Assembly: GCA_048213135.1 (NCBI GenBank)
Contig: PS015009.1
Coordinates: forward strand, 1,550,001-1,614,000
Origin: Reclinomonas americana ATCC 50394
Lineage: Eukaryota
Direction: 5' to 3'
Length of the DNA: 64,000 nucleotides
Part shown: in pieces, positions 52,426 to 61,221 of the stretch
Numbering within the stretch: the first letter of the stretch is position 1
How the letters are laid out: the number at the start of each line of letters is the position of its first letter
Translations under genes and position numbers: made by a program
The notes under the pieces: model-generated
What the model was told of the DNA's origin: nothing
The model's input: only the letters and a program-made list of their open reading frames with translations
Database searches by the model: none

Positions 52426-52614
52426 AGGGGTTAATGTTCTGGTTAATAATATTTTTTACGGCGTGAAAATATTTTAGCAGAATCTCTTTTTTATACCCGT
52501 GTTTGGAGGGTGTGGGGTAGGTATAATTTGGGGTAAGGCTATTGATAATTTACGATTTGCCATTGGAAACCAGCAACCTGGTTTTACAGCCAAGCAGTGA
52601 AGTAAGCAGAGGAC

Positions 52615-52708
52615 GTCATCCCGAGAGGTACAGCCTGTCCCGATAAGAAGCGATATCGGGAAGGGATCTGGCGTTCCTCCGGGGGCTTCGGTACAAGACC
52701 CCGGTGGG
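52615..52708. repeat. Direct copy of the 51351-51440 composite repeat
   Basis: GTCATC.CGA.GTACAG.CTGT.CCGAT...GATATCGGGAAG.GATC followed by the GGGG.CTTCGGTAC.AGACCCC palindrome. Confidence 0.8.
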
Positions 52709-52752
52709 CTGCTCGCATTTTTAATCCTTTCATTTCTTCCCTCTTTCATTTC

Positions 52753-52845
52753 TATAGCGTGCCCCGCCGGTTGCGGGTCGGGCTATCCGCTTCAAGTCCT
52801 CGTCGCCTGCGGCTCCTGTGGGCTTTCCGCTGCTATCCCTCACGC
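52753..52845 (-). ncRNA. Structured repeat/ncRNA, possibly Flavo-1-like (copy 1)
   Basis: GCGTGAGGGATAG.AGCGGAAAGCCC...AGCGGATAGCCCGACCCGCAACCGGCGGGGCA; second copy at 59462. Confidence 0.5.
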
Positions 52846-53002
52846 GCCTCCGTTGAAAATGCTGCCTGCGAAAAGGATTTCCCTAAGCCCGGAATGCAGG
52901 CTACTGTGTTGCGGAGTTCCCTCACATAAAGGAATTCAGGTTGGCCACAGCAATACTACAAGCGATCTATAACTACTGCGGGGTAAAACAAAAGGTTTCT
53001 TA

Positions 53003-53275
53003 AGAATTCCGGGCTGTATAAGAAACTCTCCCGGTTGTATGAGGAATTCTCTACGCTGTATTACTAACTCTCCCAGTTGTATTAGAAATTCTCTCTGTTG
53101 TATGAAAAACTCTCCCGCTTGTATGCGGAATTCTCTGCGTTGTATTGCTAACTCTCTCTTCTGTATCGTGAATTCTCTTCGTTGTGCCCGGAACTCTCCC
53201 GGTTGTATGGTTAACTCTCTGGCGTGTATTGCTAACTCTCCCGGATGAGTTGCGGGGTTTCTGTACTGTATAAGG
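53003..53275. repeat. 21-bp tandem array AAYTCTC-N5-TGTAT-N4 (11 core units plus 2 degenerate flanking units)
   Basis: Units start at 53024, 53045, 53066 and so on to 53234, in exact 21-bp phase. Confidence 0.92.
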
Positions 53276-53295
53276 AAATCCCTGTAAGAAAGGGT

Positions 53296-53330
53296 AAAAA
53301 TGGCGGCAGGCTGTAAAAGCACTGCCGCCC
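53296..53330 (-). terminator. Probable terminator of 53337-54089
   Basis: Minus strand GGCGGCAG...CTGCCGCC-ATTTTT. Confidence 0.65.
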
Positions 53331-53336
53331 TGTAAA

Positions 53337-54089
53337 TTACCTGCCGGTAAGATCTGAAAAGCGGATGCCGCTTACCTGCTTATACTGCGGACTTGAAGGG
53401 CCATACAGCGACTTTACATACAATTTTACAGACAAAGCTGTGTGTAAAATGCCTTTTACGGGGTTGTACAATACATCGTCGCGCTGAATGCGGCTGTTGC
53501 TCCAGGAAGTGTAGTTGTTGATGACATCGGTATTGGCAGTTTGCATTTGGGTGAGCAGGGTGCCGAGGCCAGCGACGGAAAGATCAGCTTCGTTAGGTTC
53601 GTAAGTGGTTTCGATGGAAACGAGCTCGACCAGTTTGGTAAAGTGATCGATAAGGCTGTCGTAACTCTGCTGTGAAACAGAGATGGACTTGGGCGTAGGC
53701 TCGGTGGGAGTGACGGGTACGGCCGGTACTTCGGGAGTGGCTACAGTGCCGGCACGTTTACCATATATTTTACGGATGATGGTGCGGGCATCGCTTACGA
53801 TAAGACCGTTTGACCCGGAGGCGGCGAGGGCATTGACCACGCGGCTGGACAGGGTGCGCAGGTTTTTAAACGTGGTGACGCGGGTGTTGGTAGCACTGTC
53901 GAACGCGGCTTTGGCCGACTTTACCCCCTGCAGGCTGGCGAGGGCGCTGGTGCGGAGGGCCTGCAAAGAAGTAATTTTTAAAGCTTCGCGTGCGGGGTTG
54001 TAATTGTTGCCGTAAGATTTGCAAAAGGAAATGAGGTCTTCAAAATTGGCCACGTTTTTGGCATGGCCCGTCTCTGAGTGAGATGGCAT
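53337..54089 (-). CDS. Hypothetical helical protein (paralog of 51676-52425)
   Basis: SETGHAKNVANFEDLISFC..Y...YNP; SVSQQSYDSLIDHF. Confidence 0.88.
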   Translation of the reverse strand: MPSHSETGHAKNVANFEDLISFCKSYGNNYNPAREALKITSLQALRTSALASLQGVKSAKAAFDSATNTRVTTFKNLRTLSSRVVNALAASGSNGLIVSDARTIIRKIYGKRAGTVATPEVPAVPVTPTEPTPKSISVSQQSYDSLIDHFTKLVELVSIETTYEPNEADLSVAGLGTLLTQMQTANTDVINNYTSWSNSRIQRDDVLYNPVKGILHTALSVKLYVKSLYGPSSPQYKQVSGIRFSDLTGR

Positions 54090-54304
54090 ACGATTGTAGT
54101 TTTAATGGTGTACGAAAATGATTAACAGGTCGAAGATAATATTGTGGTACAGTGCAAAGCTTTAATTGTGAAAGAGAGTTGTTCATTTAAAATTTTTACG
54201 GACAAGTTTAACTTTTGATTTGCAGGTATGCGTAGTGGTTAGTTTTGTTCAATACTGTACACAGAAGATAAAATAATGAAAGAAAACCTACGGTTTTTAG
54301 TTTT

Positions 54305-54410
54305 TACCGCAGAGGAACGAAAGACAAGGAGGCTGCACGAAGAATATTTCACGGAGAGCGCAGAGGGTTTTCACAGAGAAGCACAGAGAGATTTTCACGG
54401 AGAGACATAG
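54305..54410. repeat. CAC(A/G)GAG-type short repeat patch
   Basis: TTTCACGGAGAG, TTTCACAGAGA and GCACAGAGAG units. Confidence 0.6.
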
Positions 54411-54515
54411 CGAGGGCCTACGGCCTGTTTTTTGGGGGAGAGGGTGAGGGTAATAAAATACATGGCTGCCAGGGCGATGGGAGGTGGCGGCCGATGTATT
54501 GACGCTACGCGTGGG

Positions 54516-54809
54516 CTACGGATTTGCGGACTGCTGCTGCCTGTGACTGGCCAGCACGATGACGGCCTTTACAAACAACTCAGTATACTCGCAAAAAAAG
54601 AACATGTTGAGCCGGTTAACCGCTTTGCGCATGTGGAACAGGTTACTGTTGGTAAGGCTACCCATAGCCATTTGCCGCAGATCTCTGTTAACGCCCTGCT
54701 GGCCGAAGAACTTTAAATACTCCTCGATAACCTGCCAGGCTGCCTGCGGGGAATCCTGCGTGCTTAAATTCTGCTCCAGCTCGTGAATGTGTTCGGATAG
54801 GATGCTCAT
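54516..54809 (-). CDS. Small hypothetical protein
   Basis: 97-aa ORF from MSILSE, divergent from the XRE gene. Confidence 0.55.
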   Translation of the reverse strand: MSILSEHIHELEQNLSTQDSPQAAWQVIEEYLKFFGQQGVNRDLRQMAMGSLTNSNLFHMRKAVNRLNMFFFCEYTELFVKAVIVLASHRQQQSANP

Positions 54810-54848
54810 GAGGCGAATATAAGTATAAATGGTATATAAATACACTTT

Positions 54849-54866
54849 ATGTATTTATAAATACAT
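54849..54866. promoter_or_regulatory. Perfect 18-bp palindrome, candidate operator
   Basis: ATGTATTTA|TAAATACAT. Confidence 0.45.
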
Positions 54867-54974
54867 TTTAGTTGTATATAAAAAACCAATGCATTTGATT
54901 GTCAATGAGTTGTGAACTTATTTGCTCACTGAAGTAATAGATTAATATTATAGTTTTGAAGCAAAGTGATATTA

Positions 54975-55184
54975 ATGGCTGAAAAGCTAAAGCTAAATAG
55001 AATTAAAGCTGTTCTTGCTGAGCAGGATGTTAAACAAAAAGAACTGGCTGAACGTGTTGGTTTAAGTACCAATTCAATTGCCAGGATTTGTAATAATGAG
55101 AGCCAGCCGACGCTGAAGCATTTGTATGATATAGCAAAGGCGTTGGATGTGGATATAAGGGAGTTGTTGGTGAAGACGAAGTGA
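54975..55184 (+). CDS. XRE-family HTH regulator (possible R-M controller)
   Basis: NRIKAVLAE...QKELAE......IARICNNESQP; TAGTTTTG -7 element at 54951. Confidence 0.88.
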   Translation: MAEKLKLNRIKAVLAEQDVKQKELAERVGLSTNSIARICNNESQPTLKHLYDIAKALDVDIRELLVKTK

Positions 55185-55187
55185 GGT

Positions 55188-55646
55188 TTACTTAATAGAT
55201 TCAAATGAATTGGCTACTTCTAGGATTTTATTGACACAACGTTCTACTTCTTTTTTAATCTCATGTTCCCAAAACCTAATAACAGTGAATCCCATAGAAG
55301 TTAAGAGAAGGTTATTTTCCTTATCCCTCTGCATATTTCTCTCAATCTTCGGTATCCAAAAATCTCTATTAGCTTTAATTTTAGTTTTTTTAATTTCCCA
55401 ATTATAGCCATGCCAGAACTCTCCATCTATAAAAACTACAAGTTTATATTTCTTGAAGAAAATATCTGGAACTCCTGGCATTTTTGCATAGTTCAATCTA
55501 TATCTTAAACCTTTGTGCCACAATTCTTTACTTAAAATTCTCTCTGGCTTTGTTTTTACGCTACGAATTTTGCCCATAAGAATTGACCTCTCTTTCGAGG
55601 TAGTAAAACCAGAGCTAGAGTTAAATCGGGGTACATTAATTTTCAT
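55188..55646 (-). CDS. vsr: Very short patch repair endonuclease
   Basis: TKPE, GVPD, FIDGEFWHG, FWIPKIERNMQRD, RFWEH. Confidence 0.95.
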   Translation of the reverse strand: MKINVPRFNSSSGFTTSKERSILMGKIRSVKTKPERILSKELWHKGLRYRLNYAKMPGVPDIFFKKYKLVVFIDGEFWHGYNWEIKKTKIKANRDFWIPKIERNMQRDKENNLLLTSMGFTVIRFWEHEIKKEVERCVNKILEVANSFESIK

Positions 55647-55704
55647 CTACCATAATTTATAATATATTGCAAAATTAATAACCTAACCCACAACCTTAAC
55701 TAAA

Positions 55705-56406
55705 ATGGAGTTATCAAATGTAGAAATACTAAACCGTGCAAAGGAGTTTTTCAGGAAATATATTGTACAAGGCCATGTTGAAAAAGCATTAGATCGAGCC
55801 TCAAAACTTGAGAGTTACAATATTCATCCTTTCTTGTATAAGTACCTTGCAAACTTTTTGGAAGGAAACGACTCCCCCGTGAGTATCGCAAAAGCTTTAT
55901 TATACCCAAGAATTCTTGGAACCTCAATTACTACCATTTTTGGAATGAGGACACAACAAATGATTTCGGAAATATTTAAAGGGATGGGATCTACGACAGC
56001 GGGAATAGACATTGAGTTTATTGATAAGGTGGATGGACGGAAGAAGTATGCTCAATTAAAAGCAGGGCCGAATACGATCAATAAAGATGATATTAAAACA
56101 GTGTTGGGCCACTTCTCTGCTGTAAGGAACTTAGCCCGTGTAAATAAATTAGATGTAAGAATTGATGACCTTCTTGTGTGTATAATATATGGAACACAAG
56201 AAAGTATTAGTAACCATTATTTAGAAATACAAAAACAATATCCCCTGCTTATAGGAGCTGATTTTTGGTACCATTTAACTGGTCAGAAAGATTTTTTCGA
56301 TGAATTGCTTCAAGCAATTGGGGAAGTTATATTAGAAGTTGATGGCAAAAGCCGTGTTGAAGAAGCTATAGCAGTTTTAGCCAAGGAAATAGAGGATACC
56401 TTATGA
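55705..56406 (+). CDS. Type II restriction endonuclease (PmeII-like family)
   Basis: GTSITTIFG, GIDIEF.D..DGRKKY.QLKAGPNTINKDD (PD-(D/E)xK variant); next to the methyltransferase. Confidence 0.75.
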   Translation: MELSNVEILNRAKEFFRKYIVQGHVEKALDRASKLESYNIHPFLYKYLANFLEGNDSPVSIAKALLYPRILGTSITTIFGMRTQQMISEIFKGMGSTTAGIDIEFIDKVDGRKKYAQLKAGPNTINKDDIKTVLGHFSAVRNLARVNKLDVRIDDLLVCIIYGTQESISNHYLEIQKQYPLLIGADFWYHLTGQKDFFDELLQAIGEVILEVDGKSRVEEAIAVLAKEIEDTL

Positions 56407-57452
56407 GTTTTTTTATCCTCATAATAACGGTTTAAGAAGTCTACTATTGAGCCACCAATTGCTTTGCCTAAATTTACAGGAACTGCATTGCCTATCTGTT
56501 TATATTGTTCTGTTAAGGATCCTGCAAACTGCCAGTCATCTGGGAAAGTTTGAATCCTTGCATACTCTCTTACTGTAAAAGGCCTAGTTTCGTCGGGATG
56601 GCACCTTTCGGTCTGTTTTTGAGCAGGACTACATGTTAATGTAAGGCTTGGTTCATCCCAAGAGATCCTTCTGGCGATACCCGTTTTCCCTCCTCCTAAA
56701 TAAAAGCTTTTAAGCATATACTCTTTTTGAATTTTAAGGGGCAAATCCCTCCAATAACCACCAGGGGGAACCATTTCTAAAATTTCTTTTTTTCTTTTAG
56801 GATAGCTGACCCCTTTGGATTTAGGAACATCTTTTGAGTATAATTTTCCTTTCTTTAAGGCATCTTTCAAAGTAGGAATTTTGTCTTTATTTGGAGAAGG
56901 GTAAATAAAGCTAGTTGAAATATCTTTTCTTATACCAATAATTACCAGCCGTTCTCTTTTTTGAGGTACATTATAATAAATGGCCTTAAGAATTTGGGGA
57001 GGAGCAATGACATCATATCCAATCTCATCTAATACAGAAATCATTCCTTGTAAAGTTCTTCCTTTGTCGTGATTTAATAGCCCCCTTACATTTTCGCCAA
57101 TACAAATTGGGGGCATAACTTCTCTGACTATTCTCGCAAATTCATAGAACAATGTCCCCCTTGCATCTTGAAATCCAAGTTTTTTCCCTGCATAACTAAA
57201 AGCTTGGCAAGGAAACCCTCCAGTAACGACATCTACTTTATCTTTAAACTCAGAAAATGAAACATTTTTAATATCGCTTTCAATTACATTCCAGTTAGGC
57301 CTATTTATCCTAAGCGTTTCTGCTGCCCAATGATTTATTTCATTTAATGCAGCACATTTTAAACCAGCGGCTTCTAATCCTAAAGCTAGCCCGCCAGCAC
57401 CAGCAAATAATTCAATGACATTATAGCTTGGAATGTTTTTCTGAGATGCCAT
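56310..57452 (-). CDS. DNA cytosine-C5 methyltransferase (M.Eco47II/M.Sau96I-like, probably GGNCC)
   Basis: FAGAGG, GFPCQ, ENV, QKRER, QIGNAVP; TRD GGGKTGIARR...CSPAQKQTERCHP. Confidence 0.95.
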   Translation of the reverse strand: MASQKNIPSYNVIELFAGAGGLALGLEAAGLKCAALNEINHWAAETLRINRPNWNVIESDIKNVSFSEFKDKVDVVTGGFPCQAFSYAGKKLGFQDARGTLFYEFARIVREVMPPICIGENVRGLLNHDKGRTLQGMISVLDEIGYDVIAPPQILKAIYYNVPQKRERLVIIGIRKDISTSFIYPSPNKDKIPTLKDALKKGKLYSKDVPKSKGVSYPKRKKEILEMVPPGGYWRDLPLKIQKEYMLKSFYLGGGKTGIARRISWDEPSLTLTCSPAQKQTERCHPDETRPFTVREYARIQTFPDDWQFAGSLTEQYKQIGNAVPVNLGKAIGGSIVDFLNRYYEDKKTHKVSSISLAKTAIASSTRLLPSTSNITSPIA

Positions 57453-57610
57453 ACAGTAATGATAAATTATTTAGCAATAATAAGTATATTTCTTCTATTT
57501 TTCCAAGTTTGTTTTAGGTAAAAGCCTCATTAAAAATGGGGAAAAAAACGTATTTTTCTCTAACTTATTCTATTCTAGTTGTTGATTTTAAATTTTAAAC
57601 GGATACCTAA

Positions 57611-58375
57611 ATGAAAAAAAAGTATGTAAGTTATATATCTAATAAACACTTGCTTGATTGTATAGACAACCTTTACACTTCCTATTTAAAAGCAAAGAGT
57701 GGGATTACAAAGAAGAAATTTTATTACAATAAAATAGACACAATTAAACTAGTTTTTGATTCGAAATTTAATAGAATAAAGGAAGAAGATTTAATAGAAG
57801 TAGAAATTATACGGCAAATTGATAAATCTATCAATAATTTTATTGGGGTCTTTCATGAACAAATACTCGGTGGCATTAAAGGGTACGAAATTGGAACTAA
57901 AGAAGGATATGATATTAAAGCAACAGACAATTCATTATTTGCAGATATAAAAAATAAGCACAATACGATGAATAGTGGAGCAACTGAGAGTTTATTTCAG
58001 CGGCTAGCAAGGTTTGCAGATAGCAACAAGAAAGCAACTTGTTATTGGGTTCAAATTTTGGCGAAGGGGAGTTTCAACAAAAAATGGACTAGTATAATAA
58101 ATGGTAAAGAATATAGCCATAGCCGCGTATATAAAATATCGGGAGATCAATTTTATTATTTGCTCACAAATAAACAAAATGCTTTATCTGAACTTTATCA
58201 AGCATTGCCAATTGCAATAAGGGATTATCTAAAATCTAGTGCGTATAAAAAAACTGCCCCAAAGCATTCAGTTTTAGATGAAATCAAATCTGAAGTAAAA
58301 AAATCAAAACGCAGTATCCTGGATCAAGTTACATTTGAAAATTACTCCTATTATTTGGGATTTAACCAGTTGTAG
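57611..58375 (+). CDS. Eco47II-family type II restriction endonuclease
   Basis: RQIDKSINN.IG.FHEQILG and DIKNKHNTMNS motifs. Confidence 0.8.
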   Translation: MKKKYVSYISNKHLLDCIDNLYTSYLKAKSGITKKKFYYNKIDTIKLVFDSKFNRIKEEDLIEVEIIRQIDKSINNFIGVFHEQILGGIKGYEIGTKEGYDIKATDNSLFADIKNKHNTMNSGATESLFQRLARFADSNKKATCYWVQILAKGSFNKKWTSIINGKEYSHSRVYKISGDQFYYLLTNKQNALSELYQALPIAIRDYLKSSAYKKTAPKHSVLDEIKSEVKKSKRSILDQVTFENYSYYLGFNQL

Positions 58376-58538
58376 AGCCGTAGGGATGCAAAGCAATTTA
58401 TATTAAAACACTTAATTGTGAATAGGAGCAAAATTGTTAATTGGACTAAATGTAGCGCTCTGTGTTTTCGTGAGACATAAACCAGAGCGTGAAATAGACG
58501 TATAAATATTTCTTATATTGAATCACAGTTAACTCATT

Positions 58539-59417
58539 ATGCATGGCTGGCGGTATGACTTTTTAAAGGACTTTATCTTTCCAACTTTATTTGCGAGTTC
58601 CGCAGTTGGCATTGCCTATTTTACATTTTATAAAGGGCTCAAAAATGAACGTGGTAAAGAAAAGAAAGTTAAAAATGAAGAAAACCAAGACAGGCTTTTT
58701 TTACCTTGCTGCTGTAATTGCAAAATGTTTACACACGGCTTCGTTGCAAATTACTTTTTTTGAAGAGGTCATAAAAAGTATCACAATTAACCCTATAAAA
58801 TTCGTTCAGCAACCTTTTGCAATAGGAAACGACCTTAAAAGATTATCGAATACCAATCTGGAAAATTTTTTGCTTTCTTATATTAAGGCTAGTGCCGGGA
58901 AGCGAAGGGAAGTTGTGTTCAATGTGCAGCAAATAATGTCATCAGCAGATTATCTTTACTCTACTGTAGAATTTACAAGGGATCGTAGTCAACATTTTGC
59001 CCAATTTTTTTCGAGGCGAATGAAGTTTACTTCAAAAATTATGAAGAGACAAAAGATTTAATCGATATTACTTGTAACTATTATCGTAACAATGAACCAA
59101 TTTATACCCTGCTCCTTAATTTTTCTTTATATAAAGATGACACAGTCGAAAGTAAAAAGGATGATGTTTATATTTTGCAAAATGAGTACTTTGAACCGCT
59201 CGGAAAGTTAGTTGATGATCTTATTAAAACTAATGGTCAAGAAAGTTACTTGTTGCAAATCCGAAGAAAGGAGTCTAATTCTCGCAGTTTTTATAAAAAT
59301 ATCATTGTGTTGAACCGCGGTTATGCAAAAGTATTGTCGGAGATTGTTAGTGACATGAAGAAAGCAATCCAATCACTTGAAGAGTATTCTACGGACATCC
59401 GTAAAGCTCACTCTTAA
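58539..59417 (+). pseudogene. Membrane-anchored hypothetical gene broken by two compensating frameshifts
   Basis: Three overlapping reading-frame segments can be joined at T7 runs 58696-58702 and 59005-59011 into 292 aa. Confidence 0.6.
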
Positions 59418-59461
59418 ACAGTATCATTAATTCATTCCATGTGAACCCCTCAATGGACGCT

Positions 59462-59543
59462 GCGTGAGGGATAGTAGCGGAAAGCCCTGCGTAGCAGGCT
59501 TGGGAGCGGATAGCCCGACCCGCAACCGGCGGGGCATGCTATA
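59462..59543 (+). ncRNA. Structured repeat/ncRNA, possibly Flavo-1-like (copy 2)
   Basis: Inverted relative to 52753-52845; same ends, different central hairpin. Confidence 0.5.
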
Positions 59544-59611
59544 AATAAATTAAGGAATGAAGGAAGGAAAGAATGAGGGAATGGGTTCTTTGGGGATGTT
59601 ATGGGCAGGGG

Positions 59612-59712
59612 AAAAGATTCTTTCCCGCTATCGTTCCTCATTGGGACGGGCTCTACGTTGAGAAAGAGATCCCTCGTGCCTCGGGATGACAATTCTTGGT
59701 GATGGATGACAA
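59612..59712. repeat. REP-like cluster
   Basis: GAGATCCCTCGTGCCTCGGGATGAC at 59666-59690 plus the TTCCCG.TATCGTTCCTCAT module. Confidence 0.8.
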
Positions 59713-59730
59713 CTCTATTGGGTTCCCTCG

Positions 59731-60855
59731 CTAGGCTTGGGATGCCCTCTTTTTCTTCCGCCTCCCCCACCAAATCATAAACCCAGTTACCGGCAGGCTC
59801 GCCGCAATCAAACTCGCAAAAAAAGCCAATAGTTTTCCGGGCAGACCGAGCACGGCGCCCACATGTATATCGTAGTTCATACGGGCAATTTTGTCTGCCA
59901 GGCGGGCGTCTTTAAATGCACCCGCATAGGTACCTGTGGCGGGGAGTTCTTTACCGGTGTATTGATCGTAATGATAAAAATCGCTGTTGTAATAGGTGCC
60001 GGGGCGGTGGTTTACGCTTACTTCCACGGGTGAGGCTTTGTCGTAAGGGAAATATACACCCACGCTTTCGTTGGGTGCGGCGGTTTGCCGGTGGTGCTGC
60101 CACACCAGGTCGGTAATGTTTACGGTGGCGGTTTTGGTAGTGTCTGACACGGGGTGTACATGCGCCGGCATGGCACTGCCACCACTGCTTACCCAGTACA
60201 CCGTTTTGGCAAACCACTGAAACCCGAACACGAGGCCGGTAATGGCGATGAATATAGCCACCCACGTCATGTAAAAGCCCAGCACATTGTGCAGGTCGTA
60301 ATTCTTCCTCCGCCATTTGGCGCTCCACTTTACGGTGAACCGCTGCTTGCGGGCACTCTTATTCCTGGGCCACCATAGGATGAGCCCGGTTATGAGCATC
60401 ACTAAAAAAACAAGGGTAGCGCTGGCCACTATGGGCTGACCAATATGATGGGGCAGCCAGAGATAAAAATGTCCGTCGATGACGATGCGGAAGAAGTCCT
60501 TCGTCATATTCTTATGCTTCAGCACCTGGCCGGTATAGGGGTTAAGGAACACAATCTCGTAATGCGTTTCGTCGTAGTACGATACCTGGGCGGCTTTTTC
60601 CTGCCCGGGGTACTCTATGCCCAGGCCTTTATGCGATGTAAGTTCCTTTTCGGCAAGGGGCGTAAGTACGGAGGGTGGCAGGTAAGGCTTATCCTGAACG
60701 GGAACAAACCTGAACTTTTCGGTGGCATTGCGGATCTCTACTTCAAAGGCGAGGATACAGCCGGTGAGGCCGAGGAACAAAACGATTAGCCCCGACGACA
60801 GGCCGAGGATTAAGTGAATTTTGCGAATAATCTTTTTGAATGATATGCTTTTCAT
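59731..60855 (-). CDS. PepSY-associated TM helix protein (iron-uptake associated)
   Basis: IHLILGL.SG...TG, GHFYLW, DLHNVLG, DIHVG; start MKSISF. Confidence 0.92.
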   Translation of the reverse strand: MKSISFKKIIRKIHLILGLSSGLIVLFLGLTGCILAFEVEIRNATEKFRFVPVQDKPYLPPSVLTPLAEKELTSHKGLGIEYPGQEKAAQVSYYDETHYEIVFLNPYTGQVLKHKNMTKDFFRIVIDGHFYLWLPHHIGQPIVASATLVFLVMLITGLILWWPRNKSARKQRFTVKWSAKWRRKNYDLHNVLGFYMTWVAIFIAITGLVFGFQWFAKTVYWVSSGGSAMPAHVHPVSDTTKTATVNITDLVWQHHRQTAAPNESVGVYFPYDKASPVEVSVNHRPGTYYNSDFYHYDQYTGKELPATGTYAGAFKDARLADKIARMNYDIHVGAVLGLPGKLLAFFASLIAASLPVTGFMIWWGRRKKKRASQA

Positions 60856-60895
60856 TCTGTTGTGGTCGATTAACGATTTACTGTTTATTGTTGTT

Positions 60896-61198
60896 GTCAT
60901 CCCGGAGTGCTGTGCTCAAGGGTGACTGTCATCCCGAGGTACGAGGGATCTCTTTTCAATTGAATGAGATGCTTCGTTCCTCAGCATGACATCCTCAGTG
61001 TTACTCTGTGAAAACCCTCTGAGTCCTCTGTGAAAAGAACTCACCGGGGTCTCGTTCCGAAGACCCCGTCGGAACGGCAACTTTGTGAAAACAGCTACCG
61101 GGGCCTTCTTGTGGAAGATCCCGGTAGCTGTCATCCCGAGTGCAGCGAGGGATCTCTTTCGCTATGATTGGTAGAGATCCCTCGTACCTCGGGATGAC
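60896..61198. repeat. REP/REPIN-like cluster plus hairpin 61091-61131
   Basis: GTCATCCCGAG..CGAGGGATCTC at 60928 and 61130; inverse copy at 61174. Confidence 0.85.
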
Positions 61199-61221
61199 AC
61201 AACAAAGAAGTGTGCGCCCTT

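Noticed and set aside
52448-52473. AATATTTT-N10-AAAATATT inverted repeat upstream of 52425
   Set aside because: AT-only arms and no equivalent upstream of the paralog; too weak to call an operator
53003-53275. CRISPR array
   Set aside because: The period is only 21 bp, the variable parts are 4-5 nt, and there are no cas genes in the window
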